Shown: piece after piece, positions 62,603 through 64,000 of the stretch
Layout of the letters: each line of letters begins with the position of its first letter
Numbering within the stretch: position 1 is the stretch's first letter
Assembly (NCBI GenBank): GCA_964016885.1
Contig: OZ024755.1
Location: forward strand, 11,780,001-11,844,000
DNA from: Eledone cirrhosa
Taxonomy: Eukaryota
Reading direction: 5' to 3'
DNA length: 64,000 nucleotides
Position numbers and translations under genes: made by a program
Notes under the pieces: model-generated
Database searches by the model: none
Seen by the model: the letters and a program-made list of their open reading frames with translations, nothing else
Told to the model about the DNA's origin: nothing

Positions 62603-62914
62603 TATTCATATGTTATTTGTCTAGAATTATTCATGCTTTTGTATGTTTATATTTATTTGTCTATTTCTGTATTTCGCTGTGTTCTCCAGTCATGTCACCA
62701 TGACCTCATTTTATTTAACAACATACCTTATGCGACAAAAATTTGGTCACCTCGTCTCAGACAATCTCTTCCTCTCTGTCATTTTTCTGTCTCCTCACTT
62801 CATCTGCCTCTTTAGATCTTATTATATATTTATTATATACATACACAGACTCATGTGTGTATATGTATGTGTGTATGTATGTATGTATGTATGTATGTAT
62901 ATATGTGTGTATGT

Positions 62915-62958
<44 letters not shown>

Positions 62959-63005
62959 ATTACAAATACATACGTTTACAAATACATACGTTTACACAGA
63001 GACAC

Positions 63006-63084
<79 letters not shown>

Positions 63085-63145
63085 TATATACATATATATG
63101 TATATATATCATATATATATTTATACTATATCTACACACAGACGC

Positions 63146-63212
<67 letters not shown>

Positions 63213-63213
<1 letters not shown>

Positions 63214-63325
63214 GAACGAGTAGGACCCCTGGTCCCACTCGTTCCTATTACCCACTCTACTACCCTAAGTATTGAGTACTTTGGTGCGTTTTGGTCCATC
63301 TCGTTCCTTACCTCATTTCCTTCGT
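63213..63325 (+). mobile_element. Minimal fold-back pLTR island, family of 16035
   Basis: ggaacgagtaggacccc-t-ggtcccactcgttcc followed by the same ~80-nt tail as 16163-16241. Inside (TA)n. Confidence 0.8.
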
Positions 63326-63401
63326 TATATATGTATATATATATATATATATAAGTGTATATATATATATATATAAGTGTATATATATATATATACATAA
63401 G

Positions 63402-63498
<97 letters not shown>

Positions 63499-63505
63499 GT
63501 ATATA

Positions 63506-63548
<43 letters not shown>

Positions 63549-63563
63549 ATATATATATATATG

Positions 63564-63624
<61 letters not shown>

Positions 63625-63895
63625 GTGTGTGTGTGTGTGTATGTATTTATAAATATATGTAAGTATATATATATATATATATATATATACTTACATATAT
63701 TTATAAACACACACACACACACACACATACACACACATATATATATATATATATGGGGCTGTATGTGTAGGTAAACACACCTTGACGTTTTCTCAATACA
63801 GAGACACAACATTGCAAACACATTCTTACGTATGTATTTGTCTCACCACATATCCTCCTCTGTGTATCTCTCCACCACCACCACCTGTCTACATC

Positions 63896-63975
<80 letters not shown>

Positions 63976-64000
63976 CTTTGTGTGTGTATGTGTGTGTGAG

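Overview
This is very AT-rich, microsatellite-saturated eukaryotic DNA, intergenic or intronic. The SINE families and the density of (TA)n/(CA)n tracts suggest an octopus/coleoid cephalopod (inference). I could not recognise any host protein-coding exon, and almost every ORF in the supplied track is a microsatellite artefact. Recognisable content: a decayed Penelope-like retroelement (PLE; RT + GIY-YIG, Naiad-like) at 32.66-35.5 kb, fragments of HERO-like, CRE-like and RTE non-LTR retrotransposons, Tc1/mariner and hAT remnants, many tRNA-derived SINEs, and a 7-kb block of CA-rich minisatellites (54-61 kb). The main hidden signal is about a dozen type-I hammerhead ribozyme (HHR) motifs on both strands, from roughly 8-9 sequence-unrelated families. 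They lie in short islands embedded in (TA)n. Many islands are fold-backs, with one copy carrying a 3' tail and an inverted tail-less copy ending at a TA. Most of the HHRs have a palindromic helix/loop III. All structures were folded by eye and need computational and biochemical confirmation.
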